Positions 11,205-23,559 of a DNA stretch of 64,000 nt are shown here, one piece after another. The stretch's first letter is position 1, and each line of letters begins with the position of its first letter. A model generated the notes under the pieces. That model ran no database searches and had not been told where the DNA came from. It saw only the letters and a program-made list of their open reading frames with translations. The translations under genes and the position numbers were made by a program. The DNA is from Squalus acanthias (lineage: Eukaryota), in the NCBI GenBank assembly GCA_030390025.1, contig JASTWF010000369.1, positions 310,001-374,000 on the forward strand, read 5' to 3'.

Positions 11205-13600
11205 GTAACACCTCCCCAGTGAAACTCCCCCACTGTGAAACACCCCCCTTGAAGCTCGCCCCTGTGAAAATACCCCCTGTGCAACCCCCTCTGTGAATCT
11301 CCCCATCTTGAAACTCGCCCCCATAAAAGCTCCCACACCAACAAAACTCCGCTTCTCTGAAAATCGACCTGTGAAACAAACTCCCTGAAACTCCCACTGT
11401 GAACCGCCCTCGCCCCGTAGAACTCATCCCTGCAAAACTTGCCACCTGTGAAAAACCGAGCCCCTCTGAAACTTCTCCCAGTGAAACTCTCCTCCCGTGA
11501 AACTCTCCCTGTGAAACTCCCACTGTGAAACTCCCCCTGTGAATCTTCCCCTGTGAAACTCCCACTGTGAAAATCTCCACCCTGTGAAACTCCCCCCTGT
11601 GAAACTCCCCCTGTGAAACTCTTCCCGTGAAACTCTCCCGATAAAACTCCCCCTGGGAACCTCCCCCCGGTGAACCTCCCTCTGTCAAACTCCACCCTGT
11701 GAAACTCCTCCCGTGAAACTCTCCTGATAAAACTCCCCCTGTGAAACTCCCCCTGTAAACCGCCTCCAGTAAAAATCACCACCCTGTGAAACTCCCCCCT
11801 GTGAAACCCACCCATGTGAAACTCCCCCTTTGAAACTCCACCTGTGAACCTCCCCTTTGTAAAAGACTCCAAGGAAATTCCCCCCAAACTCCTCCCATTC
11901 CGTGAATCTCCTCGACGCTGTGGAATTTGCTCCCCCGTGAGACTCTCCCCTGTGAAGGAGCCCCATTAAAATGCTCTCCAGTGAAACTCACCACGTTTGA
12001 AATTTCCCCCACCCCGTGGAACACATCCTTGTGAAAATCCCCTCTCTGAAACTCCCCCTTGAATCTCCCCGCATGAAACTGAGCTCGAAAACTTCGCCCC
12101 TGTGAAAACCCCCGTGAAACTCCCCCTGTGAAATTCCCCTGAGAAACTCCTCAGTGAGAATCCCCCCGTCAAACATCCCCCCCATGAAAATCCTCTCCTG
12201 TTTACCTCCCCTTGTGATGCACCCCCGTGAAATCCCCCCGTGAATATCCCCCGATAAAACTCTGCTCTAAAACTTCCACACTGAAAATCCATCAGCTGTG
12301 ACGCCCCTTCCACCCCGCCTTGTGAAACTTCCCCTGTGAAATTCTCCCCATGAAACTGTCCTCTAAACATTCCGACCTGAAACTCCCCCAACTGTGAAAC
12401 ACCCTCCCGCCCCCAAACCGGGTGAAAGTACCTCACTCCCGGTGAAGCTGCCCCTTGTGAATCAAACCTGCTGTGAAATTTCACCTGGTGAAACTCACCA
12501 GCTGTTAAACTCGCCACCCCCCCCACCCCGGTTAAAATCCCCCACACCGTGTAACACCCCGCCCTTGTGAAACTGAATCCGGGAAACTCCACCTCTGTGT
12601 TACTTTAGCCCCGCCCCCGTGAAATTGCCCGCAGTGAAACTCACCCACTGGAAAATTTCCCACGTCGATCTCCTCCTGCCCTGTCAAACTCCCCTTTGAA
12701 ACACCCGCTGCCCTGTGAATTTCCCGTCAAACGCCCCCTGCCCTGTCAAACTCCCCAGTGAAACTCCTCCTGCCCTGTGAAACCCCTGTGAAATTCCCCT
12801 GTGAAACTCCCCCTGCCCTGTGAAATTCCCCTGTGAGCTCCCCCTGTGAATCTCCCTCTGCCAAGTGGATCTCCCACTGCCCTGTGAAATTCCCCAGTGA
12901 ATCTCCCCCTGCCCTGTGAGCCCCCCCTGTAAAAACTCCCCCTACCCTGTGAAATTCCAGTTTGAATCTCCCCCTGCCCTGTGAAACCCCTGCGAATCTC
13001 CCCCTGCCCTGTTAGTCCCCCCCCGTGAATCTCCCCCTGCCCTGTGAGCCCCCCGCGAATCACCCCCTGCCCTGTGAGGCCCGCTGTGAATCTCCCCCTG
13101 CCCTGATAGCCCCCCCCCGTGAAACTCCCCCTGCCCTGTGAAATTCCCCTGTGAAACTCCCCCTGCCCTGTGAAATTCCCCTGTGAAACTTCCCCTGCCC
13201 TGTGAAATTACCGTTTGAATCTCCCCCTGCCATGTGAAATCCCCTGTGAAATTTCCCTGTGAATCTCCCCCTGCCCTATGAACACCCCCTGTAAATCTCC
13301 CCCTGCCATGTGAAACGCCCTGTGAGTCTCCCCCTGTGAAACTCCCGCTCACCTGTGAAATGTTTTCTGTGAAATTCCTGCGTACAACCTCTACCCATCG
13401 AGAGACTCTCCCCGCGTGAAACACCCCATGAAAATCCTCTCCTGTGAAACTCCCACCACTGTGAAACTACCCCCAGAGAAACTCCCCCCACGTGACAATC
13501 CACGTCCTTTGAATTCCCAGCCCCTTTAAAACTCACACCCTTGTGAGACCCCACTGTGAAGCGCCGTCCCATTGGAACTAACCCCATATGAAACTCTCCT
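11205..13600. repeat. Degenerate C-rich minisatellite, core GTGAAACTCCCCCT (~13-19 nt units)
   Basis: Many recurring CTGTGAAA(C/T)TCCCC units; homogenised sub-array GTGAA(A/T)CTCCCCCTGCCCT at ~12680-13310. Confidence 0.95.
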
Positions 13601-14409
13601 TCCCCCGCACCTTGATACCTAGGTTAGATTATGGTATAGGAATAGAACCTGTTTACCCACCCTCAGGGGCAGAGCACTCTCGCGGTGGTCAGGAGCCACT
13701 TAGCCGCGCGGACGGACAGGAGGGCTGGAACTGGTCGCTCCAAGCCTGGGAACCCCCTGTGTTGTTCTCTTGGGCGTAGAATCGGTCACGGGGTAGTCGG
13801 AGCCTGGGATCCAGATTGCATTATTTGCCCGTTATTTAACATAATATTGGTCAGTGTATTAGAGCTGGTGATAAACACCACTCGGGGTGAATCATGACTG
13901 GAGTTATTGTCCCCGGACTAACAACACTGTGTTGCGTTGGTAACCACCAGAAGATCCGCTAACAGACAGCTAGATAGAGACATCACAGATAGATAGATTT
14001 GAAAATAACTTGTCTGAGGACCCACGCCGTTGACGACATCTTACACACCGCGGACAGCTTATCACAAAGTAACAGGTGCACTGCCTACATATTTAAATGT
14101 ATTAATATCTACGGATGAAAAAACACAGGCTGTTACTCCGCGGTTTTCTGTTAAGTTGCCCAATGAATGTGAGCTCCTCCTGCCATTGCACAGATCATGT
14201 TGGCACTGCACCCACCGACTACCCATTTGCCCCTTTTGGCACTTCCGTGCCCACTGCAGCACTTTTGTAAACTTGGCTCCATGGCACAGATTTTAGGATT
14301 AATCATCTGGACAAGATACAGTCAGGAAATTCTGCTGGGGAGGATCGCAAGCTGAATTTAGTCCCGGTATTCCATCCATTGCAATTAATGCAGTGGTTTA
14401 TATACGGGG

Positions 14410-16390
14410 TCATAGAGTCATAGAGTCATAACGGCACAGAAGGATGCCATTCGGGCCATCGAGTCCGTGCCGGCTCTCTGTAGAACAATCCAGTCAGTCC
14501 CATTCTCCCGCTCTATCCCCGTAGCCGTTTACGTTTATTTCCCTCATGTGCCTATCCGGTCTCCCCTTGAAAACATTGAGTGTCTCCGCTTCCACCAATT
14601 CCGTCGGCAGCGAGTTCCAGGCCCTCACCGCCTGCTGTGTAAAAAGTTTTTTCTTCACATCTCCCTGTATCTCTTGCCCAATACATTAAATCTGTTTCCC
14701 CTAGTCCTTGTCCCATCAATTAGTGGGAACAGCCTTTCCCCGTCTAGCCTATCCAAACCCGTCATAATCTTGTACACCCCTATCAAATCACCCCTCAACC
14801 TCCTTTGCTCTAAAGAAATCAAATCCTGCTTCTCCAACCTGTCCTTGTAGACAAGATACCCCATCCCCAGAACCATTCTGTAAATCTCCTCTACAACCTT
14901 TCAATGGCCTTCACATCCTTCCTTAAGTGTGGTGACCAGAACTGGACGCAATACAGCAGTTGTGGCCTAACCAGCGCTTTATAAAGGCTCAGCATAACTT
15001 CTCTACTTTTGTGTTCAATACCTCTATTTATGAAGCCCAAGATTCCATATGCTTTATTACCACTCTTTCAATATGTCCTGCCACCTTTAGGGACCTATGC
15101 ACATTAACTCCAAGGTCCCTCTTTAACTGCACACTATTTAAAACTGTGCCATTAAGTGAATATTGCCTCTCCCTGTTCCTTCTGCCAAAATGCATCACCT
15201 CACACTTCTCTGTATTAAATTCCATCTGCCACTTGTCTGCCCATTCTGCTAGCCTTTCTATATTCTGTTGCAGTCGATTGGTATCATCCTCACTGTTTGC
15301 CACACCCCCAAGTTTGGTGTCATCGGCAAATTAAGAAATTCTACTCTGTATTCCAATATCCAGATCATTTATATATATCAAAAAAGCAGTGGCCCCAGCA
15401 CTGACCCTTGGGGAACAACACTGTCTGCCATCTTCCAGTCTGAAAAACAGCCATTTACCACAACTCGCTGTTTTCTGTCCTTCAGCCAATTCCTTATCCA
15501 AGCTGCCACTGACCCACCTATTCCATGAGCTTCAATTGTGTTAACCAGCCTTCTATGTGTTAATTTGTCAAACGCCTTCCGAAAATCCTTGGAGACAACA
15601 TACATTGCATTCCCTTCATCTATCCTCTCTGTTACTTCATCAAAAAATTCGAATAGATTTGCCAAACATGATCTGCCTTTTACAAATCTGTGTTGGCTCT
15701 CCTTAATTGGCTTAAACCTCTCAAAGTGCTTGTTAAATTTTTCCTTGATTATTATTTCTAAAACTTTACCCACCACTGATGTTAAACTGATCGGCCTGTA
15801 GTTGCTAGGATTGTCCTTACACCCTTTCTTGAACAATGGTGCCACATTTGCCACTTTTCAATCCTCAAGCACCTACCCCGCATCTAGGGAAGATTGGAAA
15901 ATAATGTCAAGCCCTTCTGCTATCTCCTCCCTCAATTCCCTTAGCAACCAGGAATGCATGACATCTGGACCAGGCGACTTGTCCACTCTAAGCATACCCA
16001 GCCTTTCCAGTACATCCTGTTTATCAATTTTCACCCTTTCCATTGCTTCCACCTTTTCCGCTTCTACAGATAATTTTCAGCATCCACTTCTTTAGTAAAC
16101 ACCGATACAAAGTACTTATTGAGTATTCTAGCCTTACCCTGCGACCCTAAGCATATATAACCTTCTTTGTCTCTAATAGGCCCCACCTCGCCTCTTACTA
16201 CCTGCTTACTGTTTACATGCTGGTAGAAGATTTTGGGGTTCCCTTTTATGTTAACCGCCATTCTGCTCTCATATTCTCTCTTTGCCAATCTTATTTTCAT
16301 CTTCACATCCCCTCTCAACTTATTGTATTTGGTCTGGTTCTCCCTTGAATAATTTACCTGATATGCATCATACGCCCTCTTTTTTTGTTT
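14410..16390 (-). mobile_element. CR1 LINE, 5'-truncated
   Basis: Minus-strand ORF pieces ANVAPLFKKG..NYRPISLTSV, GSVLGPLLF, EWADKWQMEFN, RGDLIGVYK; tail CATAGAGTCATAGAGT at ~14411. Confidence 0.92.
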
Positions 16391-16679
16391 TATCATCCTC
16401 TCTATCTCTCTCGGGTGTAAACCCCCACTCGCCCCCCACCCCCCACCCCGACCTCCAGATGTCCTTTCTGTGCTCTGCCCAATAACGCTTAACATGCAGA
16501 TGTCAGCAACAAACATCTGTCCCACTGTTGCAACTGCAGATGTTCAGTTCTGCCATTAACTGTCGCTTCAGGAGCTCCAATCGATGTAGAATTCTGCACC
16601 TATTGGCCGGAAAACGCTTCGGTCAAGATTATGTCACAGCTTGTCTAAAAAAGACCAGCTTCCAATGTATGGTGACTGC

Positions 16680-17280
16680 ATTTATAGGGCAAACAAGCAG
16701 ATCAAACTTGAACAAATATATTTTATACAGCCTTGGTCAGATCCGTCTGGGATACTACGTTCAGTTCTTGGCATCACAACTCAGGAAGAATGTACAGGGG
16801 TACAGAATACATTAATCATAATGATACCGGGAGTTAAAAGTTTAAATTATAAGGACTGTTTACATAAACGTGGCTTTTATCCCCTTGAGTTTAGATGGTT
16901 GAGGGGAGGCCAACTCGAAGTATTTAAAATGATATTCTGTGAATTCGATAGGACAGATACAGATGAATTATTTCCTCTGGTAGCCGAATCCAGAACAATT
17001 CGGCATCATCTTAAAATTTAAGCTAGGTCATTTCGGAGGGAAATCAGGCAACATTGTTCCACACAAAGGATTTGAAACATTTGGAACTCTCCCCTCACAA
17101 GACGAAGGATGTTGGATTAATAGAAAGTTTCAAGAATAAGATTAATAGATTCTTGTTAGGTAAGGGTATCCAGAAATATGGATCAAAGTCGTTTAAATTG
17201 ACTTGAGGTTCTGATCAGCCATGCTCTAATTGAATGGTGGAGAGGCGTTGAGTGGCCGACTCCTGTTCTTATGTTCCTTT
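16680..17280 (+). mobile_element. Old CR1 3' fragment
   Basis: MIPGVKSLNY..L..YPLEFR.LRG..LEVFKM; CR1 3' UTR ending TTCTTATGTT. Confidence 0.75.
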
Positions 17281-17439
17281 GCACTTCATTTGATTCACAG
17301 GTATTAGTGGGAACTGTTGCAAACTGCAAACTCTGTGTATTCGAGTCCGCTGCCACCCATATATTCAAGTAACATAATTTTCTGTTTAGTTGTGGAAAAT
17401 AATTTTCCAAACATTACTCATTAAAGAATGGGACTTTGT

Positions 17440-18180
17440 GCGAGTGAGTTTAATTTTATGGAGGATGAAAGATGGGAGGCCGGCCAGGAGAGGATTGTAA
17501 TAGTAGAGTCGGGGAGCACCAAGAGCATGGATGAGGGTTTCAGCAGCAGATGAGCTGAGATAAGAGGTCGATATTACGGAGGTAGATGTAGGCGATCTTG
17601 GTGATGGAGAGGACATGGGTTCGGAAGTTCAGCTCAGGGTCAAATAGGACACCAGGGTTGCAAACAAACTGCTTCAGCCAGTGTCCAGGGAAGGGAAATG
17701 TTGGCGCGGGCCCAAGCCAATGGCTCCAATATTTGTGAGCAGGTGGATTTATTTAATCTTTAATATCGAGGCCAATGTCTTCAGTCTTCGCCATGTTTAA
17801 TTGGAGGAAATTGCAACTCATCCAGGACTGGCCGGACCAGCAGCGTGACAAATAAAAGGCAGTGGATGAGAGAGGCGGTGGTGAGGTAGAGCTGCGTGTC
17901 ATCAGGCTACATTTGTGTCTTTTCGGATGATTGCTCTGATGCGCAGCATGTAGAGGAGAAATAGACATGAGCCATGGATATAATCTTGGTGGACTCCAGA
18001 GGTATCAGTGTGGGGTCGGGTAGAGGAGACATTGCAGGAGATTCTCTGGGAATGACTGGAGAGGTAAGCTTAGAACCAGGCGAGGGTAGGCCCACTCAGC
18101 TGGTCAATGGAGCAGAGGCGATGGAGCAGGATTGCGTGATCAACCATGTCAAAGGCTGCTGACGGGACAAGAAGCATGAG
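17440..18180 (-). mobile_element. L2-clade LINE RT fragment
   Basis: SAAFDMVDHAILLHRL, WMSCNFLQLN..KTE and AETLIHA...RL.Y.N.LLAGLP motifs. Confidence 0.8.
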
Positions 18181-19004
18181 GCGGGAGAGTGCACCAGAGT
18201 CAATTTCAGTGCACACCTGTCTTGCCAGGATGGAGCAGTGGTCCCTCCGCCTGATTCTCCTCAGGGTCCACTGGAAGGGCGCCCAGAAACAGGCACAATT
18301 GAAGAAGCCGTCGCTCACCCTTGTGGCTGTAACCCGCCCCTCCCACAGATCAGAAGGCATCAGAGGCCCGGGAAACAAAGTGAAGAAGTCTAAAAATGCA
18401 TTGGCTTTTCTTTGCAGCAGGAACCCATTTGATGCTCGAGCCTGGAAGCCTTCTGATTGTTGCAGGTTTATCGGGCCTTCAGCAGTAGCTGTCATTCTGC
18501 TGCCGATGATGGGTGTGGGCAGCTGTCAAGGTGCCGGTCCACACTGGGGGTTCATGGAGCGTTCTAAAGACCTGACTCCACAAATGCTGGCATGTTGATG
18601 TCAGGTGCAACTTACTTCAAGTGCACTGCACCTGACGAGCAGTCGGCGCATGGAGCCTATACCTTTTGCACAATACCTAATATACACAAGCTTTTGTACA
18701 TTTGTATGAATTTGTGAATGTATTTGGATGTCATGTGCACCGTGTGACACACCAACTCTGTAGAGGACACCATTAAAACATGGAAAATATATTTTCTATC
18801 TTCCTAATAAGAAAATAGGACTATAGTAGTAAGAATGGATACATTTATTTATCTCAATATATAGTAATAGACTATGCCAGTGTGACAGATATCATTAAAT
18901 TACATCGTTGTATTGGAATAGAATGCACCAGTTCTGTAGAAGTGGAGCTTTAGAAATATTTTGTATCTAAAATACAGTCAACTTCTAGTCTATTATTTTT
19001 TTCA

Positions 19005-19145
19005 GAATCCCAGTGGGAAATGTTACTAAAATAAGCTATTCCCAGATCAGTATGGCAGTGAAGCAGTTCCCTAATCTATTTGTTCAATGACTGTAACTAA
19101 TCTCAATTATTCTGTACACTTGAGATTTCTCTCTGATATAAAGGA
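19005..19145 (+). promoter_or_regulatory. Putative proximal promoter of GPCR copy 1
   Basis: GATATAAAGG at 19135-19144, ~75 nt before the ATG; CTGTAACTAATCTCAATTAT block shared with copies 2 and 3. Confidence 0.5.
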
Positions 19146-19214
19146 AGGTTTGATCTGAAGATGTTTGATCCGTGTGTCAATCATACCGACGGACAACGTT
19201 ACCTCTCAGAGTAA

Positions 19215-21415
19215 ATGGAGCGGCCAATCATTATTCAGATATTGGCAATTTACTATCCTATTTTGGCAGTGGTTGGTGTCCCTGGTAAGTCACAATTGTT
19301 ATTAACCTTTCTCTATTAATGTAATTTGTTTGTTTAGATGACACTGGTTTCTGATATCAGTTAAAAGAGAAATCTGATCCCAAATTCCAGCATGTTCTCA
19401 ATAATCAGACTCATAACAGGATTTGTTTCTCAAGTTCAAAAATCTGCAACTGTATCAATTTTTCTAGTAATAATATTAAGGAACATTATTGCCTCCCATC
19501 TCCCAGTACTCGACAGAGGTAGCCCAACTAAACAGCACTTTTACTTTACGCTTAGCTGTGCATGCCATTTAAATGCTCTGCGGACAGCTCACAACAGGCG
19601 TGGCCCCAACGGTTAGGACATAACAAGAGAGTCCTGTCTGTCCTGCAGGTTTCTGGCCTCGGGGATCAGCCCTTCTGGCTGCAGATCTCCACTGACAGCC
19701 TAGGGTTCTCGCTTAGGCTTCAGGATTCTGACGAGGGATTAGACTAACTTCAGTATTTCACCTTCTTCCTGAGACTTGGGTCAGCAGGACTCTGGGGCAG
19801 ATCATGGTGCCACTTCCTGTGGTCCCACCACCCAAACACCTGGCCTGTGTTGTGGCACAGCGCATGAGGTATACCAGTGCAATGAGGCAGCGCCAGGAAA
19901 GTCCAGCCCTGCCTCATTACCATCAAAGCCTTGGTCATTTGCCGACTGCATGCACGGGACAGGCTGACTGGCACATCCTTGAGCAAAAAGGCCCAAGGTG
20001 AAATTCACCCCACTCAGCAGCGCAACAACATTCTAGTGACTTCCGTCTGTTTCCTCACCTACTGTGTGAAGAGTCACATTGTGAGTCCTGTTATCAGACA
20101 ACTAAACGGTACATTGCTGTATCATTCAGGCTATGTGTAATAAAGGCGCCAGGTCTGTGTGTGCTGTGCTCATTCTCACTAAAGTTATTTATGATAAAGA
20201 CGCAGAGTAAGTATGGATATTGCTCTCCAATATCTGACCTTCCTACAACATTCTATGAAGCGACCTTTGCAACAAAAGAGGTGTAGATTGAATAAGGTCC
20301 GGGCAAACACTCGGAGCTTTTTCCAGGAGGGGATATATTAATATCTCTGGAAAAATAATGTTTTTCCGCTGGAATTATTCGGTTAATTAATATATAGACA
20401 GAACGAGTTGCGTGAAAGCAAAAATAATCCAATATAATGTGTAACCATTTAAATACAATGATGTTCCATTTGTTGTGAGAATCAGTGGTTTTCACATTTT
20501 TTCTCTTTCAGCGAATTTAATGACAATTGTGATTCTCTCCCGAGGAAAGTGCGGCCTCTCCAAATGCATAACGTGTTACCTGGTGGCCATGGCAGCGGCG
20601 GATCTACTGTTCATCATAATTAATATTATACTGTATGAGATTAATAATATTTATTTTCAAAATTCATTCTTGAACTACACTCCTGTCTGCCGTCTCAGTC
20701 TCGCCCTCAGTTCTGCTGCCATGGTCCTTTCCGTCTGGTTAACAGTTTCTTTCACCTTTGATCGATTTGTGGCCATTTGTTGCCACAAGCTGAGAGTCAA
20801 ATATTGCACCGACAAAACTGCGGCCGTCGTTATAGCAACAGCGTGTGGGTTAATCTTTGTAGAAAACATTCCAATGTACTTTACATTTGAACGTCAGGAA
20901 CTAATTGACACCGAATCGTGGTTCTGTACAGTAAAATCAAGCGTCTATACCTCACCCCTCTGGGTAGCATTCTACTGGTTTAACATTGTTTTAACTCCAT
21001 TCGCTCCATTTGTTTTGATTTTGTTTTTTAATGCTTTTACTATCAGGCACATTCTGGTGACTAGTAGAATTAGGAGGGGACTCAGGGGCAATAACAATGC
21101 TGAAAATAACAAAGATCCAGAGATGGAGAGCCGGAGAAAATCCATAATTTTATTGCTCGCCATCTCAGGCAATTTTATCCTGTTATGGTCGGTAACTTTT
21201 ACATATTATATCTGTGTACAAATTACAGACATTCAGTTCATGTTCGCCACTTCCAATAACTCTCTCACCATAATGGAAGAAACTGGTATATGCTTCAGAA
21301 TTTGAGTTCCTGCACAAACACATTCATTTACGCAGTAGCGCAGAAAAAAATTAGAGGGAAGATGCTGAATGTGATTAAGTGTCCCTTTGATCTAATTATT
21401 AAGTTCGTGAAATGA
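19215..21415 (+). pseudogene. GPR139/GPR142-like class A GPCR, copy 1 (exons 19215-19284 and 20512-21415; 1-bp frameshift at ~21287)
   Basis: Exon 1 MERPIIIQILAIYYPILAVVGVP + G|GTAAG; acceptor TTTCAG at 20511; YLVAMAAADLL, FTFDRFVAICC. TM7/helix 8 (YMLQNLSSCTNTFIYAVAQKKIR...FVK*) continues in the shifted frame. Repaired length 324 aa. Confidence 0.88.
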
Positions 21416-21519
21416 TTGAAATAACTATCTCAATTCTATCTTACACCGTCCTTAGATTGTGCAATACCAAATATAGAATATTTTCTAATTCCATGTATAG
21501 TTTTGTGGCACCTTAACAT

Positions 21520-21677
21520 GATTATCTATCTGCTTCATCTGTTTATCTATCTTTCTATCATCCATTTATCACTCTACCATTTGATCTATGTATTGTCTAT
21601 CTATCTATCTATCTATCTATATATCTATCATCCATCTATCACTCTACCTTTACATCTGTGTATCATCTATCTATCTC

Positions 21678-21711
<34 letters not shown>

Positions 21712-22192
21712 ACTCTACTTCTCTCTTTCATTTTCTATCTATCTATTTATCTCTCTACTTCTATCTATCTATCTATCTCTCTACTTCTCTCTTTCATTAT
21801 CTATCAATCTATTTCTATCTATCTTTCTTTCTATCATCTATCTATCACTCTACCTTTTGATCTATCTATCTACCTATCTCTCTACTTCTCTCTTTCATTA
21901 GCTATCAATCTATTTTTATCTATCTTTCTATCTATCTAGCGATCTATCTATCTATCTATCTATCAGCTGTCTATCTATCGATCTATCTATCTATCTATTT
22001 ATCTCTCTACTTCTCTCTTTCATCATCTGTCAATCGATTTATCTCTTTCTCTCTCTATCTATCTATCTTGCTATATACTTCTTCCTTTCAGTATCTATCT
22101 ATCTATTTATCTCGCTCTCTATCAATCTATCTATCTTTCTATCATCTATCTATCACTCTACCTTTTGATCTATTTGTCTATCTATCTATCTG

Positions 22193-22248
<56 letters not shown>

Positions 22249-22249
22249 A

Positions 22250-22289
<40 letters not shown>

Positions 22290-22315
22290 ATATCTAGCTA
22301 CCTAGCTATCTATGT
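21520..22315. repeat. Compound (TCTA)n/(GATA)n microsatellite
   Basis: Long TCTA runs, near-perfect at ~22175-22285, with recurring CTCTACTTCTCTCTTTCAT spacers. Confidence 0.97.
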
Positions 22316-22884
22316 ATTGGGCGCAATGTGGGAAGCAGACTGATCTCTGCTGACAATTCTTCATCGGTCGCTGTGGCCTAAGTAGTCGCCGTCACCAATG
22401 AATGTGTTTTTATGCGTTCCTGTGGAGCCAGGAGGAGAAGGAATAATCTTCCCGGCTGCACAGCACCTGACAAATCACAATCGCGCCACTACAGTTAGTT
22501 TTGACGCTCGTTAGGGCAGCTGCTCCGAGCCAGAATGCGCAAATGTGATATCCTTACAACGGACCAGTAGCCGCTGAAGGTGCGATAGGCGCCGGCAGCT
22601 CTCCCATTTCGGTTCAAAGGATGCATGGGACCACCATTGGACTTTATAAAATAGGCTTAATACCATTCTGGTTTTACACTTGGTGGAGTATGTACTCCTA
22701 TCCGGGCTAGCCTACACCCTCCAGTAAGTCTGACTGGATATCTCTCTGGAGGCAAGTTCCATCATGAGGCTAGATTTACACCAAAGTGAATAGCAAGTGC
22801 CCTCCAACTGACGATGGGATTCCAGTGTAAAGACATTCAGTCGTTAGGATGCAGCAGGGAGAGAGCGTGATAATGCTGTAAATT

Positions 22885-23270
22885 CTGACCTAATTGAGGT
22901 GTATATAATTATGTGGGGCCTAGGTAGAGTGGATGAGAAGGACCTATTTCCCTTAGCAGAACCAGGGGGCACAGATTTAAAGTAATAGGTGGGAAGTTTA
23001 GAGGGGTTTTGAGGAGAAACCTTTTCACCCAGAGGGTGGTGGGGGTCTGGAACTTACTGTCTGAAAGGGTAGTAGAGGCAAAGTCCCTCATCACATTTAA
23101 AAAGTACTTGAATATGCACTTGAAGTGCATTAACCTACAAGGCTACGGACCAAGTGCTGGAAAGTGGGATTAGGGTGGATAACTCTTTGTCGGCCGGCAC
23201 AGACAAGATGGGTCGAATGGCCAGCTTCTGTGCTGTAAATTTCTATGATTCTATAATTCTCTGATTCTAT
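22885..23270 (+). mobile_element. CR1 3' fragment
   Basis: DLIEVY, RGHRFKV, FFTQRVV.VWN; tail TTCTATGATTCTAT. Confidence 0.85.
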
Positions 23271-23559
23271 GTCGCCGCTGCTAGATTCGCCCTTGTCCCG
23301 CAAATGTACCCCATCTGTCCGTTGGTATTCTTTATCAGTGCCCCACTGACATTCCCGACCAGGCCCACCATGCCACTTGACCCGCACTGCAGTTCACAGG
23401 TGTTTTCTCGGACCTTAACTGGCTGACATTCTGGACCTGGCCCGCGCTGCCATTCCTAGCCTAGCAGGGCTGTCATTGGTACTGTGAAAATAAATAAAGG
23501 TTTTCGACTTTAAGTGCAATTTAGCAAATGACTGCTTTAACAGAAAAATATTAGATGAA

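Noticed and set aside
11123..13587. Gly/Phe-rich ORFs up to 254 aa on the minus strand
   Set aside because: Translations of the minisatellite; overlapping frames are open simply because the repeat unit lacks stops.
11205..13600. CRISPR array or immunoglobulin switch region
   Set aside because: No constant repeat with unique fixed-length spacers and no cas genes in this eukaryotic context; not AGCT-rich and no Ig exons nearby.
19540..20012. Extra coding exon in the copy 1 intron
   Set aside because: Short overlapping ORFs with a TIR-like GAAATTCACCCC end suggest a decayed DNA-transposon relic; exon 1 and exon 2 already join in frame.
21503..22343. Hydrophobic LSIY-repeat ORFs
   Set aside because: Translations of the (TCTA)n microsatellite.
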